A DNA stretch of 64,000 nt from Octopus sinensis (GCF_006345805.1 NC_043001.1:131998001-132062000); one strand, 5' to 3'; shown: positions 1 through 12,344, numbered from the stretch's first letter. Program-made: numbers and translations. The notes: generated from the sequence alone by a model not told the origin.

Positions 1-333
1 GTTGTCAGGCGTTCGCAACTATCTACCAGTCGGGCAATGGGATCTGTGGATGTTTTCGCTTTGGAAATTTATAGAGGATTAGTGGCGAGGAAGTGCGACG
101 ACATTCCCGGGGATACTCTAGGCGCCGACGAGAACGAACTGGATAGTCTGTTCTGGAGGACTTTCTGTTCGGGGACTATCATGTATAATTTTCAGATGTC
201 CTTGGCCTGGCAGTGCTACTGGAAGGGGGAGAGAGCGCTAGCGGTTCGAGACAACCTCTACATGCACGGATGTGCCGTCAGATGGACTTGGGTTGACGAG
301 GGAAGGTTGACCTCCCTTTGCAAATACCGATAG
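1..333 (+). mobile_element. Degraded L1/Tx1-like non-LTR retrotransposon, ORF2 C-terminal region
   Basis: Frame reads NFQMSLAWQCYWKGERALAVRDNLYMHGCAV, resembling the W...ALPVRD.L...G motif preceding the C-terminal Zn knuckle of L1/Tx1 ORF2; GC-richer than the flanks. Confidence 0.5.
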
Positions 334-443
334 GGCACAGAAAGTGTGTCAGTAGCCAGCTGGAGAAGATGTTCTCCTGGGGCTACAAGCTACAGTAACA
401 TCCTCTCGTAGTGATTAGCCATATTGAGATGGCAAATATACTT

Positions 444-445
<2 letters not shown>

Positions 446-475
<30 letters not shown>

Positions 476-491
476 ATATATATATATATAT

Positions 492-546
<55 letters not shown>
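446..546. repeat. (CA)n/(TA)n microsatellite
   Basis: Direct dinucleotide runs. Confidence 0.95.
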
Positions 547-547
<1 letters not shown>

Positions 548-2426
548 GTACATACATGCACACTTATCTTAAATTGTTGCATGTTTCGATATACTAGGAA
601 TAAAGAATGTATTCAACATTTTTTCTAATTAGAGTGGAATAGATTTAAAGCCACAATCAATATTGTGAATTGCCAGATGAAGTTTCATGTGTAACAATAA
701 AGTTTCAAAATTCACTGCCGCAACAAATCAGAAACGTTTAAAAACCCTTAACCCTAGTGTTTGATAATCCTGTAGAGTACACAAGAAGAATATACTCAGT
801 ACATGTTAGAAAAATAGCTAACGTCAACTGAAATCCTGTTTTGCAATCCTAGTTTCATGCCACAGCGATCGCCAAGCGCGAACGATTGACTCGTGAGACA
901 TGACGCCCTTTTCCTAGGTTTCATTAATCAAATTTCACTCATAAAACTATTCAATCCAAAGGTAGAATAAAACAAAAAGCACTTCCCCTATGTGAACCAC
1001 AAAGGCACCGAATCCAACCAGATATACATACATATTTAGACATACATAGATACGTACATATAAACGTACATACATGTATGTATGCATACACACACACACA
1101 TAAATACACATCTATACGCACATACAGATGCATGCATATATACATATATACTTATATGTGTGTATACATGCCTATTTTGATGAAAATATATGTATATTCA
1201 ATTGTATGCGTATATTGTTGCGTATCTGTAAATGTTCGTGTTTAAGTATCAGTTTATATATATATATATATATATACATATACATGTATATATGTACGTA
1301 AGTGTATATATATATATGTATATATATATATGCATATGTATATATATATATATATACGTACGAATGTATATGTATATATATGCAGTCATTTAGTGCTCTG
1401 TCACACATTCGCACACTCTCTGCCTTCCTCTCTCCCTCTCTCTCTTTCTCTCTCTCTACTTATCTATTTGAATGTCTGTGTGCCTGCATGTGTATGTGCG
1501 TGCGCGCTAGAGTGTATTTTCTCCTTTAAATTCTATTTCGTGTATTTTTTTCTTTTTATTTATTTATTTATCTATTTTATTTTTGCTTCGTTTTACTTTT
1601 CGCCTCTTATCACTTTGATAGAATATGCTTTCTTTGAAAGTAAAATGAAATTTAGATTAAATGCTGATTTGATAAAAGCCCACGGGATATAAGAAAAAAA
1701 TAACTTTTACATATGTATTTATTTATATGTAAATCTCTCTCTTCATGCATATATATATATATATATATGCCTGTGTATGTGAGTGTATTTGTATGTGTGT
1801 AAGCAAATGTGTAAATATAAAACATGTTCTTATATATGAATACATACGTTTCTTCTTATACATCTAATTTCAAAGAATAAAACAGCAGTGTACTATATAA
1901 TCTTTTATATTATTTTACGTATTCATTAATATATAAACGTATATTGTCATGAAATGTATAGCTCTATTGAAATGCACAATACTGAATGCATTAATATAGA
2001 ACTACTTGTACATCTGCACATCAATATAAACTCAATTATATCAAATTGTCTTGATTACACAGCGATTTCTCCAAGGGAATTTTCATTGCACATATTTGTT
2101 TTATATTTCATTTACATAATTAAATAACTAACTTCCTTGGTCATATCGTATATTTCATAGCAATTTTCAGATTTGTGTATGGCTTTACTAAAGATTATAT
2201 GTAGAATGCAGAGTAGAGAATGTAAGTTTATTTCAACTCATAAGACGTTAGGTTTTTCTGACACACACGAATACCTACAGAGACGCAACTAGACAATAAT
2301 ATAAATATTTATTTTTTTTTATTATAACAAGCAAAAATTAATAATTTTTTTATTCTTACCTCTAAATTGAATTAAAAGCTAAGACAACTTGCACCTGTAA
2401 GATTTTGAATTTATTACCGACAGAAG

Positions 2427-2550
2427 ACACAACTCATTTTCAGATGGGTGAATAGAACCACAGAAATGAAGTATCTTGCCCAAGGACACAATGCGTTGTC
2501 CATTTCGAGAATCGAACTCATGATCATGGAATCACGAGTCCATTGGCCTC
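2427..2550 (-). mobile_element. Old tRNA-derived SINE head (family C-like), partial
   Basis: Similar to the gaagtatcttgcccaaggacac...atcgaactc segment of the family C copies. Confidence 0.5.
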
Positions 2551-2606
2551 TATGTGTGTCTGAATGTATGTATGTATGTATGTATGTATGTATGCATGTA
2601 TGTATG

Positions 2607-2649
<43 letters not shown>

Positions 2650-2658
2650 GTGTGTGTG

Positions 2659-2705
<47 letters not shown>

Positions 2706-2706
2706 G

Positions 2707-2958
2707 TTTTGGGATCACTACTACTTTGTTATCTTCCCTACTTCTTAGCTCTCCTGTGTGACCCCTCGTCCGGCATTCGCCATGATAGATCGTTAGCCAC
2801 TACACACATTTTCTTCTCTCCTTGTTTCTTTCTGTGGAAGAGTGTATGCTCGAAACGTTAAAGACTTTTTCAATTCCCGAGCGTTATACAAATACATCTG
2901 TTTGTTTTCTACACCACCTGTCTTCGTCTTTTGTTATTTTTTTTATGAATTCTCCCTA
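2707..2958 (+). mobile_element. Penelope-type pseudo-LTR-like repeat (family F) carrying a hammerhead-like motif
   Basis: Second copy in opposite orientation at 59414-59592; hammerhead-like architecture at 2827-2864. Confidence 0.55.
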
Positions 2959-2983
2959 TATATATACATATATATATACACAC

Positions 2984-3055
<72 letters not shown>

Positions 3056-3339
3056 TATATATGTATGTACGTACATATATATGAATATGCCCAGTTATTG
3101 AAAATCTTTCTCCGAGAATTGAAATCTAATGGCCTCTGCGTGTATTTGTTTATCTATGTGTGAATATATAATTGTGTGTGTCTATTTACACTCCTCCTCT
3201 TTCTTCCCCTGGACACGGAACGACCTTTCACAATGAAAATAGAAATCTGCTCCAAGACGAGATTAGTGAAAACCTATTTGGGCTGTGTATGATGTTAACG
3301 GATCGTAGAGCCAATGCGTTTTTGCGTTTGTTCGTGTCG

Positions 3340-3504
3340 TCAGCTAAAAACACCAAATCTGTCCTTCACAGCCCGTAAAGACTTCGTTTAATTCTAACTT
3401 GACCAGATTTTACGCATATCAGAAAACACAACGTCTGCTGTTCTAATATAAGAACGAATAGTTCTTTTCGAGCTGCGAAGGGTAGATTTGGTGTTCGTAG
3501 CTGA
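3340..3504. mobile_element. MITE-like foldback element
   Basis: 42-bp inverted arms 3340-3381 and 3463-3504 with 7 mismatches, weaker similarity extending outward. Confidence 0.5.
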
Positions 3505-3628
3505 CGATAGAAAAAACCGCAGAAACAGATGTGTGCTACGATCCAGTGACGTCATTCATAGTCGAAAGTGTTTTTACACACGCTGTCTAAGAGGAAAATT
3601 CTCTCCCATAACTCTCCGCAGTATATAA

Positions 3629-3870
3629 AGGTGCAGGTGTGGCTGTGTGGTAAAAAGTTTGCTTCCCAAACACATGGTTCCGGGTTCAGTCCCACTGCGT
3701 CGCACCTTGAGTGATTGTCTTCTACTAACTATAGTCCCTCGGAGTGACCAAAGCGTTGTGAGTAGATTTGTTTGGCGGAAACTGAAAGAAGCCCGTCATA
3801 TGTGTGGGCGTTTACGTATGCTTGTGTCTTCGTGTATGTGTTTGTCCCACACCACCGCTTGACAATCGGT
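3629..3870 (+). mobile_element. SINE family A, diverged 5' half
   Basis: Head ggtgcaggtgtggctgtgtggtaa...ggttccgggttcagtccca (Pol III A/B-box-like), matches the other copies. Confidence 0.8.
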
Positions 3871-3913
3871 AGGTAGGTTCCTACCTACCTACCTACCTAC
3901 CTACATACATACA

Positions 3914-3942
<29 letters not shown>

Positions 3943-3944
<2 letters not shown>

Positions 3945-4552
3945 GTAAGCACAACAAACATGACATAATGACTTGGGATAGAGTAAAAAGAAACTGTGTA
4001 CAGTTGTGGAAATTAGCTGCCCAGCGGGTGTTAACATAAAGCTGAAGATCAGTGTAAAGAGAATGTCTACGTTGAACTATGAAGAAATCTGCAGTTACTC
4101 TATCCAAATTATAAGTTCAGGTTTATACCTGTAATTATTGGGGCACTGGGATATATAACACACTGCCTAAATGTCAATCTTCAGAAATCAGGCTCCTCAA
4201 AACCAGAAAGGAGAAGGGTAATTTGAAGACTACAAATCCAATCCATCACTGGAATTGTAAAAATCTGTAAAACTTTCCGGAAGTTAATCATTTAAATATA
4301 TATGAGCATGTCTAGATATGAAACTATATGCAGGAGAATACATACATGAAGCAAAACATACAAATCTGCACGCATACATACATACATACATACATACATA
4401 CATACATACATACATACATACATACATACATACATACATACATACATACCCAGTTGTTGATGTTGAAATTCCAATTAAGGAGCCCTGGATCTAGGTTAGA
4501 AACAGGCTCTTTCTCTATTGGCAAGAAATCTTGAAATAAAACTGAACAATGA
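3943..4552 (+). mobile_element. 5'-truncated non-LTR retrotransposon with restriction-like endonuclease (RLE), inserted in (TACA)n
   Basis: Frameshifted translation K(P)DIMTWD..K.CTVVEISCPA.VN...FIPVIIGALGYITHCL...LQIQSITGIVKICKTF, stop at 4293-4295; 3' UTR has an internal (TACA)n; (TACA)n flanks on both sides. Confidence 0.75.
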
Positions 4553-4619
4553 CATACACATACATACATATACATACATACATACATACATACATACATA
4601 CATACATACATACATACAT

Positions 4620-5123
4620 GGTGGCTGCCCCCTCGTTATCGAGTATGGCCATTGCACGAAGCTTAATCAATGTTGTTATCGTGCAATGCCTGTGCAAGAA
4701 GATTTTTTTTAAAGTGAGGAGGAAAGGCTGTGCACTGAGTCAATCCCACTCACTAAGCAACAGCAGCCATAATCCGAAAAGAAGAACAAGTCGACATCAT
4801 CGGTAACCACAGAGCCGCAGGTTTTATTTCGGAGTTATCCCAGTTACCTGAGTTACCTTCTCCTAGAAGGATGCCCTAAGAAAAGATAGGAGTCCTTCAC
4901 TCCCAATGGTTTAACCACGCAATCGGGTATTCAGTCCGATTATTTCTATGTCCCCACGCACGATACAGCCTTAAGACAATTATTGGATGGCCGTTGACTC
5001 TCAAGAGTTCCTCCGCCCTTTGATGGGTTTTGTTTTTCATCCCGCAAAGTGTCCAATAAACACCCTCCTCACCAAGCAAGCTTGGTGGGGTTGCCGGTTT
5101 AGTCGCCGACGACCTGACCGTGC
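4620..5123 (-). mobile_element. Probable 5'-end/UTR fragment of an RTE-like retroelement
   Basis: GC-richer island between (TACA)n tracts; ccttctcctag and ggcgactaaaccggcaacccc motifs recalled from RTE 5' regions; no recognisable coding similarity. Confidence 0.3.
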
Positions 5124-5142
5124 TACATACATACATACATAC

Positions 5143-5244
5143 CTTGTTGTTGATGTTGAAATTCCAATGAAGGAGTCTTGGATCTAGGTTAGAAACCGGC
5201 TCTTTCTTTATTGGCAAGATATCTTGAACTTAGCTGAATAATGA
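5143..5244 (+). mobile_element. Solitary 3' terminus of the same RLE element, again flanked by (TACA)n
   Basis: Aligns with 4450-4552 (ttgttgatgttgaaattccaat...ggatctaggttagaaac...aatga). Confidence 0.8.
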
Positions 5245-5274
5245 CATACATACATACATACATACATACATACA

Positions 5275-5308
<34 letters not shown>

Positions 5309-5801
5309 CAGGTACATACATACATACATACATACATACATACATACATACATACATAAAAACGCAGTCACACTTTTTCCATAACAGCATTTTCTTTAAA
5401 GCCAATAGGAGTTATAAAGTATCGATATGCAAATATGCTTTCACCCACGATTGTCTCCTCTACTTCCTTTTCCTTCATCTTTATTCTCCTTTTCGTTTGT
5501 GTCTTAATCTGTGTCCCTCTTTTCTTCCAGTCTACATCCTGGTCTATTTCCCTGGCTCACATTACGTTTAATGTATATATTTTTTTTTGCATGTATGCAT
5601 GTATGTTTTTTTATGTATGTATGTATGTATGTATGTATGTATGTATGTATGTATGTATGCATGTATATGTATGTATGTATGTACGTATATATGTATGTAT
5701 GTATATATGCATGTATGTATGTATGTATGTATGTATGTATGTATGTATGTATGTATGTATGTATGCATGTATGTATGTATGTATGTATGTATGTATGTAT
5801 G

Positions 5802-5835
<34 letters not shown>

Positions 5836-5850
5836 TGTATGTATATGTAT
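5245..5850. repeat. (TACA)n and (TGTA)n tetranucleotide tracts
   Basis: Runs at about 5245-5358 and 5590-5850; source of the MYVC/HTYI ORFs. Confidence 0.95.
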
Positions 5851-6175
5851 GTATTCGTTTTTATTTATGTTATTTATATTTATATTTATAATTTACGTTT
5901 TTACCATTATAGCTAGATACCTTGTCAACCTACGTGCTTTAAATGTTTAAAATGTTAAACTTCATATTGTAAGCTTTTAAATCTTAGAATTTTAGTATTT
6001 GTAAGATTAGATTTGTCCAAATTAATATCCGCATAAACATGTACGTCATACTAAAATTTTAGTCAAGTCGGAAACAGTAATGTAAAACACAGTGATGACG
6101 GTACTAAAAGACTAACAAAAAGGTAGACTATAATATTGTAATGTTTTCACTATAAAACACCCACACGCACACACA

Positions 6176-6252
<77 letters not shown>

Positions 6253-6260
6253 GAATATGT

Positions 6261-6632
6261 TCTTTTACGCTTTTACTCGTTTCAGTCATTTGACTGCGGC
6301 TGTTTTGGAGCACCGCCTTTTAGTCGAAGATATCGACCTCAGGACTTATTCTTTGTTAGCATGGTAGTCACTTTTGTCGAGCCGCTAAGTTACGGGGATG
6401 TAAGCACACCAACATCAGCTGTCAAGTGATGGGCAGGGAACAAACATAGACACACACACATATATATATTTACGATGGGCTTCTTTCAGCTTCCGTTTAC
6501 CCAATTCACTGACAAGGATTTGGTCTGCCTGTGGCTATGATAGGAGACACCCAAGTTGCCACGCAGTGGGACTGAGTCCGGAACCATATGGCTGGAAAGC
6601 AATCTTCATACCACACAGCTACGCCTGCCCCT
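6261..6632 (-). mobile_element. SINE family A
   Basis: Tail cttttac...tttcagtcatttgactgc, internal microsatellite and head all present. Confidence 0.85.
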
Positions 6633-6639
6633 TAAAAGT

Positions 6640-7127
6640 TGTTAGAAGGCATCTACGGAGAATCAATTCCCACACTTCTCACATACCGGTTGCGTGCTCT
6701 GTATCATTAAGCTAATCGGTCATCGACTTATATATAGTTCATTGATGAGAATCAGATATTCTCCGAATAGAATACACTTAGTAGTGCTCAATAGATTTAA
6801 AGTTCATCGGGTACAGAGGTATCTGTAGGGAAAGTAAGTTAGAAAGATCAGTATATAAAGTATATCAAATACATGAAATACAATATATATAAATGTTTGC
6901 ATACAAAAAGGTCCGACCTACACAGAATACAAATGATACAGAGAATTAAAGGGGTTGAAGAAAATTATTACAAATTCAACAGCTGTTTCTGGGGGCTCGG
7001 TGTCAACAGATTGATTCCATCGTAGGATGAGAGGAACCTGAATTTGCAATACTTTTCTTCAACCCCTTTAATTCTCTATATTATTTGTATTCTGTGTACG
7101 TCGGACCTTTTTTTACTTTGTAAACAT
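6640..7127 (-). mobile_element. Penelope-like 3' end/pseudo-LTR with an inverted partial copy
   Basis: About 86-bp inverted arms 6893-6978 and 7039-7127 enclosing a degenerate hammerhead-like motif (gaaacagctgtt). Confidence 0.4.
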
Positions 7128-7409
7128 ATATACGTGGCAACACGTATTTGTTTCTTAAGCCCTACACTTAACTCGTCCTGTCGAAAAGACGCTTGTCCTG
7201 ACGTCCTGGTTTTGTTATTATTATTTTTACGTATTTTGTATTCTTATTCGTGCTATCATTATTGTTTTTACGTATTTTTGTATTTTTATTCGTGTAACAT
7301 CGTCCGTTTTCCGTCCCTGTGTTGTATACATTCGAGGCTTTCTTCCAAGGAATCTAATGCGCTTGGCTTAGATTTTCCTTTGGGGGTGCCCAGGTCGGAG
7401 CAATCTCAA

Positions 7410-7552
7410 GATTAATCAGCCGAAATTGCGAAGATGATCCGGTTCTTGACTGATGATTGAGGGCTTCGAATGTCCCGTCCATGTTTTTTGTGTCGCCTTC
7501 TAAATGTTTCACGTTCTTGTCCCAGTTTGTATATTTTTTTACGTTTACATAT
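7410..7552 (+). repeat. Interspersed repeat (family G)
   Basis: Near-identical inverted copy at about 12200-12332. Confidence 0.7.
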
Positions 7553-7691
7553 ATACTTATATATATATATATATTGTATTTCATGTATTTAATATACTTT
7601 ATATATTGATCTGTCTAGCTTGCTTTCCCTACATTTACTCCATGAATAAATTAGGGAATGAAGTAGATAAAATCCAGTTTACATATATTTT

Positions 7692-7767
7692 ATAGCTAGC
7701 AGAACCTTGGAAGTAGTAATTACCCCTTCATTTGGTTAAATACTACTTCCGAGATTTTGCTAGCTAT
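7692..7767 (+). other. 76-nt hairpin (tiny MITE or pre-miRNA-like)
   Basis: About 27-bp stem with 3 non-Watson-Crick positions, two of them G-U on the + strand. Confidence 0.55.
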
Positions 7768-7779
7768 GAAACATATGTA

Positions 7780-8820
7780 GGCTGGTTTTTACCTACTACA
7801 TTCTCGAATCTTGGATTGTTATTCGCATACACAACTCCAGCTACAAACCATGAACTATAAAATAACATTTTTCAGCTTATCGAACTTCGATTTGGGAAAA
7901 ATTTGTAGCCTTCTACATCAATAAACTACTATTGTTCCTAAAATATGTTTTTTTATAGTTCTACGGACTGCTCGAAGGTCACTTCCTACACCTTGATCCT
8001 TGGATCAAATTATTGGTGTTTAGCATGTATTTTACCTCTTTGTTAAAGCTATTGTATTTTAATACTGCATTCTATTACTGGGTAACATCACTAAATGTGG
8101 TCTCATTTACAGACAATCTGCCTGCTGAAATTGGGAAGCATGTTGTCTGAGTCTTCGGTTTGAATGATGAAACCTTTATTTTCACCTATTCCCAGCCATG
8201 AAGTTGTTTTTGAAAGGAAAGCGTTTCCCAGATGATGCAGCCTTGATTTCTGAAGTCACGTCGTGGTTGGAAGACCAAGCTGGGGTCTTCTACAAAAACA
8301 GTCTCCAGACTGCATCAAACGATGGAAGAAATGCGTAACTCTGGGTGGTTCCTATGTAGAAAAAGACTAATAACTGTGCCAAGTTTCGTTGCTCTACTGC
8401 TATGGGAAGTGGGTCAGGGGCATTACTTATTGAACGCCTCTCGTATGTATAACAGTTTCTGATTGGGTTTATAAGGTTGATGAGTTTTCGTGCCTAGACT
8501 TAGCAGGGTATTCAAAAATTTATCATGACATGATTACTCTCTGCTACTATACGTTAACCTATTTTCTGGAATAATTATATTTAGTCTTTCTTTATAGAGT
8601 TGAATCGTTCATATTTTCCGATATCAGCAATTCGTCATCTCTGTAAATTCCACCTCTTATGGTAAGGAAGCATTGAGCCTGGGTATCGTAGATGTAAACT
8701 GCCACGAGCAGGCACATTTGAACGCCATCATATGAAAGCATACAGAAATCAAATACCTCGTTCGTTGCCCTCATTTTAACCCAATGCTACCAAAATTCAG
8801 ATCTTTGCTGAGAATAGGTT
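7780..8820 (-). mobile_element. Degraded Penelope-like element (RT core and thumb), interrupted by a mariner fragment
   Basis: FDFCMLSYDGVQMCLLV...GGIYRDDEL resembles GSYDGAE.CELVG...GLYRDDGL; HQPYKPN motif near 8470; thumb-like sequence resumes below 8178. Confidence 0.65.
8179..8445 (+). mobile_element. Mariner transposon 3' fragment with right TIR
   Basis: FHLFPAMKLFLKGKRFPDDAALISEVTSWLEDQAGVFYKN...IKRWKKCVTLGGSYVEKD* (stop 8368-8370), then ttacttattgaacgcctctcg plus TA. Confidence 0.85.
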
Positions 8821-9064
8821 TAGGGATCGAGGAGTTAGCAATGTCAAACTGTGTAAATTTGCAACTCTGCTTCTTCTCTATTCCACGGAACTATTCTAAT
8901 ACTATTTCTAATTCATTTCCATAAAGGTACATCATAATAGCAGAAATATGTTGTTTATTTATCTCAAAATGATGATTTCTTTTTTAAGGGGAAGTTTATT
9001 TTCTGTTCGTAATTCAGGGTGAACAGAGTATAATAATTCAACGTGATATATAACGGGCAGGAAA

Positions 9065-9452
9065 GAGCGCAGGAGTGGCTCTGTGGTAAGCAGCTTGCTA
9101 ACCAACCACATGGTTCCGGGTTCAGTCCCACTGCGTGGCATCTTGGGCAAGTGTCTTCTGCTATAGCCCCGGGCCGACCAATGCCTTGTGAGTGGATTTG
9201 GTAGACGGAAACTGAAAGAAGCCTGTCGTATATATGTACATATATGTGTATGTGTGTGTGTTTGTCCCCCTAGCATTGCTTGACAACCGATGCTGGTGTG
9301 TTTAAGTCCCCGTCACTTAGCGGTTCGGCAAAAGAGACCGATAGAATAAGTACTGGGCTTACAAAAGAATAAGTCCCGGGGTCGATTTGCTCGACTAAAG
9401 GCGGTGCTCCAGCATGGCCGCAGCCAAATGACTGAAACAAGTAAAAGAGTAA
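9065..9452 (+). mobile_element. SINE family A, full length
   Basis: tRNA-like head, internal (TA)/(TG), body and gtaaaaga tail. Confidence 0.9.
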
Positions 9453-10912
9453 CACATGGAAGGACATGTTTTTGGTGCGAAAGTTTATCTAGCATCGGTG
9501 TTGTTAGCCCTTCTGTGTATGTGCTGTACTCTCGAAGAAAAACAAACAATCTATACGTTTAATGCGTCGTACAAAAATTGCACAAATAAATGTGATCGTG
9601 TATGACTGTGCATGTGTGTCAAGTATATATTTGTGTGTGTATGTGTGTGTGTGTGTGTGTATGCAAGTAATAAGTACATTTCTTGGGTTTTGCTACTATT
9701 TGTTTTAAAACGACAATAATTATTATTGTTTCTTCTAATATTATTAGACTGAATGCATTTTTAAGTATCGCTCTACTAAATACGTTATTGCCTTAAGCAC
9801 AAAAACTCGAAATATTTGTAGTGCCAAGAAAATTTCCAGGTGTGTATTTTCTGGTGATTAAGTAAATGCAATTGGCTTCTCATGTAAACAAAAAAAAAAA
9901 AAACAGAAAAAAAAAACAAAAAAGAATTGTTATATATCTTATTCGCACACCTCAATATACATTTGTCATATTTGTAACGAAGGATTACTTATTAGTATCA
10001 GCTTGCCTGCATATAATTTTATTTTTATGTATACAGGCAAATACATCGTTTCTTTTCCAAATTGTTTAATATTATCCTTCAGATATCATTGTTTGCATTC
10101 ATAAAAGAGATTAATGAAATTACAAACTGAATACCTATTTTTGATATTTGAAAACACTTTAAACGCAGAAGAGAAGGTTGATAAAAGATTTTCTTCAAGC
10201 AATATGTCGCCACATATAATTTTATTCATCGTTTTTATTGCTGTTGTTGTTTCCTTTTCTTAGATGCTAGATGGCAATCACTTGAATACTGTCTCCAACA
10301 TAAAATTAAACAGTCTGCATTTGCAATACTTTAGAAATATAATGCTTACCTTTTTTCTTTCCAATAAGCAAATCGAATTAGAGACTTAATCATTTCAAAA
10401 TTAGTATTAATCTAGCTGTGAAGTTAAAGTATTATAAATTACTAATAAAATTGTTTCAGTGCCTCACATAAATAATATAGATAACTTTCCTCGGGCTAAA
10501 AATTAGAAGAGTGTTAAATGAGTGGAGGACACATCCTTTCAGGTCATCACACAGTGTGATCTTTACAGTTTGTTTGACTTCCAAAATTTCTTTTTAAATT
10601 GTACAGCAAGACTCTACGAATTTGATCTCCTATCTATTATTTCACTATTTCAGTTAAGTTGCTACTAACTTTTCTTTTAGAAAACTGTAAATAAACTAAT
10701 AAATAAATAAAATACAATAAAACATTCCATTTGGTAGTTATAGTTGCAGGTATGGTTTTGCTATTAAGAGATTTGCTTTGCAACCATGTTGTTTTAGATT
10801 TGGTCCAACCGTTTAACGATTTAGGTGACATGGGTCGACCAATGCCTCATGAGAGAGTTTGGTAGCTAGTAACTGTGGGAGAGTTTATGTATGGCAATAC
10901 GTTTCTACTATG

Positions 10913-11331
10913 AAGGCGGCGAGATGGCAGAATCGTTAGGACAACAGGCGAAATGCTTAACAGTATTTCGTCTGCCGCTACGTTCTGAGTTCAAATTCCG
11001 CCGAGCTCGACTTTGCCTTTCATCCTTCCGGGGTCGATTAAATAAGTACCAATTACGCACTATGGTCGATATAATCGACTTAATACGTTTGTCTGTCCTT
11101 GTCTATCCTCTCTGTGTTTAGTCCCTTGTGAGTAGTAAAGAAATAGGTATTTCATCTGTCTTTACGTTCTGAATTCAAATTCCGCCGAGGTCGACTTTGC
11201 CTTTCATCCTTTTGGGGTCGATAAATTAAGTACCAGTTTACGCACTAGGGTCGATCTAATTGACTTAATCCCTTTGTCTGTCCTTGTTTGTCCCCTCTGT
11301 TTAGCCCCTTGTGGGCAATTAAAAAAAAAAA
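10913..11331 (+). mobile_element. SINE family B, partial tandem dimer
   Basis: Head ggcggcgag.tggcagaatcgttag; body gaggtcgactttgcctttcatcc...agtacc (Meta/Sauria-type domain as recalled) present twice; TSD atacgtttcta at 10897-10907 and 11337-11347. Confidence 0.85.
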
Positions 11332-11344
11332 TTTTTATACGTTT

Positions 11345-12061
11345 CTAGAGCGCGTCAATGTCCGCTGTTTAGCGGGATGTTTCCTACAGACATTCTGAAC
11401 AGTCCCATCTGCTTCAAACTTATCTCTAATTCGAGTGATGGTAACTGGTGAAGGTCGACCTGTTTGAAACTCCCTCCTAAATTGTTTTTGTACTTCGACT
11501 GAACTTTCAAAGTTGCAATAACACTTTATGATAAATTTTCTTTGTTCAAAGCTTAGTCAAGCTCCCTTTATTATTTCTTTATTGCCCACCAGGGGCTAAA
11601 CATAGAGGGAAAAAACAAGGACAGACAAAGGCATTAATTCGATTACATCGACCCAGTGCGTAACTGGTACTTATTTAATCGACCCCAAGAGGATGAAAGG
11701 CAAAGTCGACCTCGGCGGAATTTGAACTCAGAACGTAACGGCAGACGAAATACCTATTTCTTTACTACCGACAAGGAGCTAAACACAGAGAGGACAAACA
11801 AGGACAGACAAACGGATTAAGTCGATTATAGCGACCCCAGTGTGTAACTGGTACTCATTTAATCGACCCCGAAAGGATGAAAGGCAAAGTCGACCTCGGC
11901 GGAATTTGAACTCAGAACGTAGCGGCAGACGAAATACTGGTAAGTATTTCGCCCGGCGTGCTTACGTTTCTAATGTGTTGAATAAAAGAAGAAATGAAAA
12001 TATAGAAATAAAGTGAGTTATCAGTTGTTAAAGTGTGTATACTTTTTTAAGACATCATGTA
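11345..12061 (-). mobile_element. Tc1-like transposon 5' end with nested SINE dimer
   Basis: SSVEVQKQFRREFQTGRPSPVTITRIRDKFEADGTVQNV N-terminal HTH at about 11380-11520; TIR-like end catgatgtcttaaaaaagtatacacactttaac next to TA at 12060-12061. Confidence 0.7.
11571..11972 (-). mobile_element. SINE family B, partial tandem dimer
   Basis: Same aaagaaata|ggtatttc junction as the 10913 copy. Confidence 0.85.
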
Positions 12062-12135
12062 TACACACGCACATACATAAATAAATGAATATGTATACAT
12101 ACATATGCACGCACACACACACATGCACACACACT

Positions 12136-12199
<64 letters not shown>

Positions 12200-12344
12200 G
12201 TAAAAGTTAAAAAAATATACAAACTGGGACAAGAACGTGAAACATTTAGAAGACGACACAAAAAACACGGACGGGACATTCGAAGCCCTCAATCATCAGT
12301 CAAGAACCGGATCATCTTCGCAATTTCGGCTATATATATATAAA

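Noticed and set aside
7140-7195. ggacgag-ttaag...cttaa-gaaac motif on the minus strand as a hammerhead
   Set aside because: C3/U4 absent and no stem I pairing
7445-7480. ctgatga...cgaatgtc as a hammerhead (also near 12270-12300)
   Set aside because: Lacks GAAA with an A15.1-U16.1 pair, and stem I does not pair
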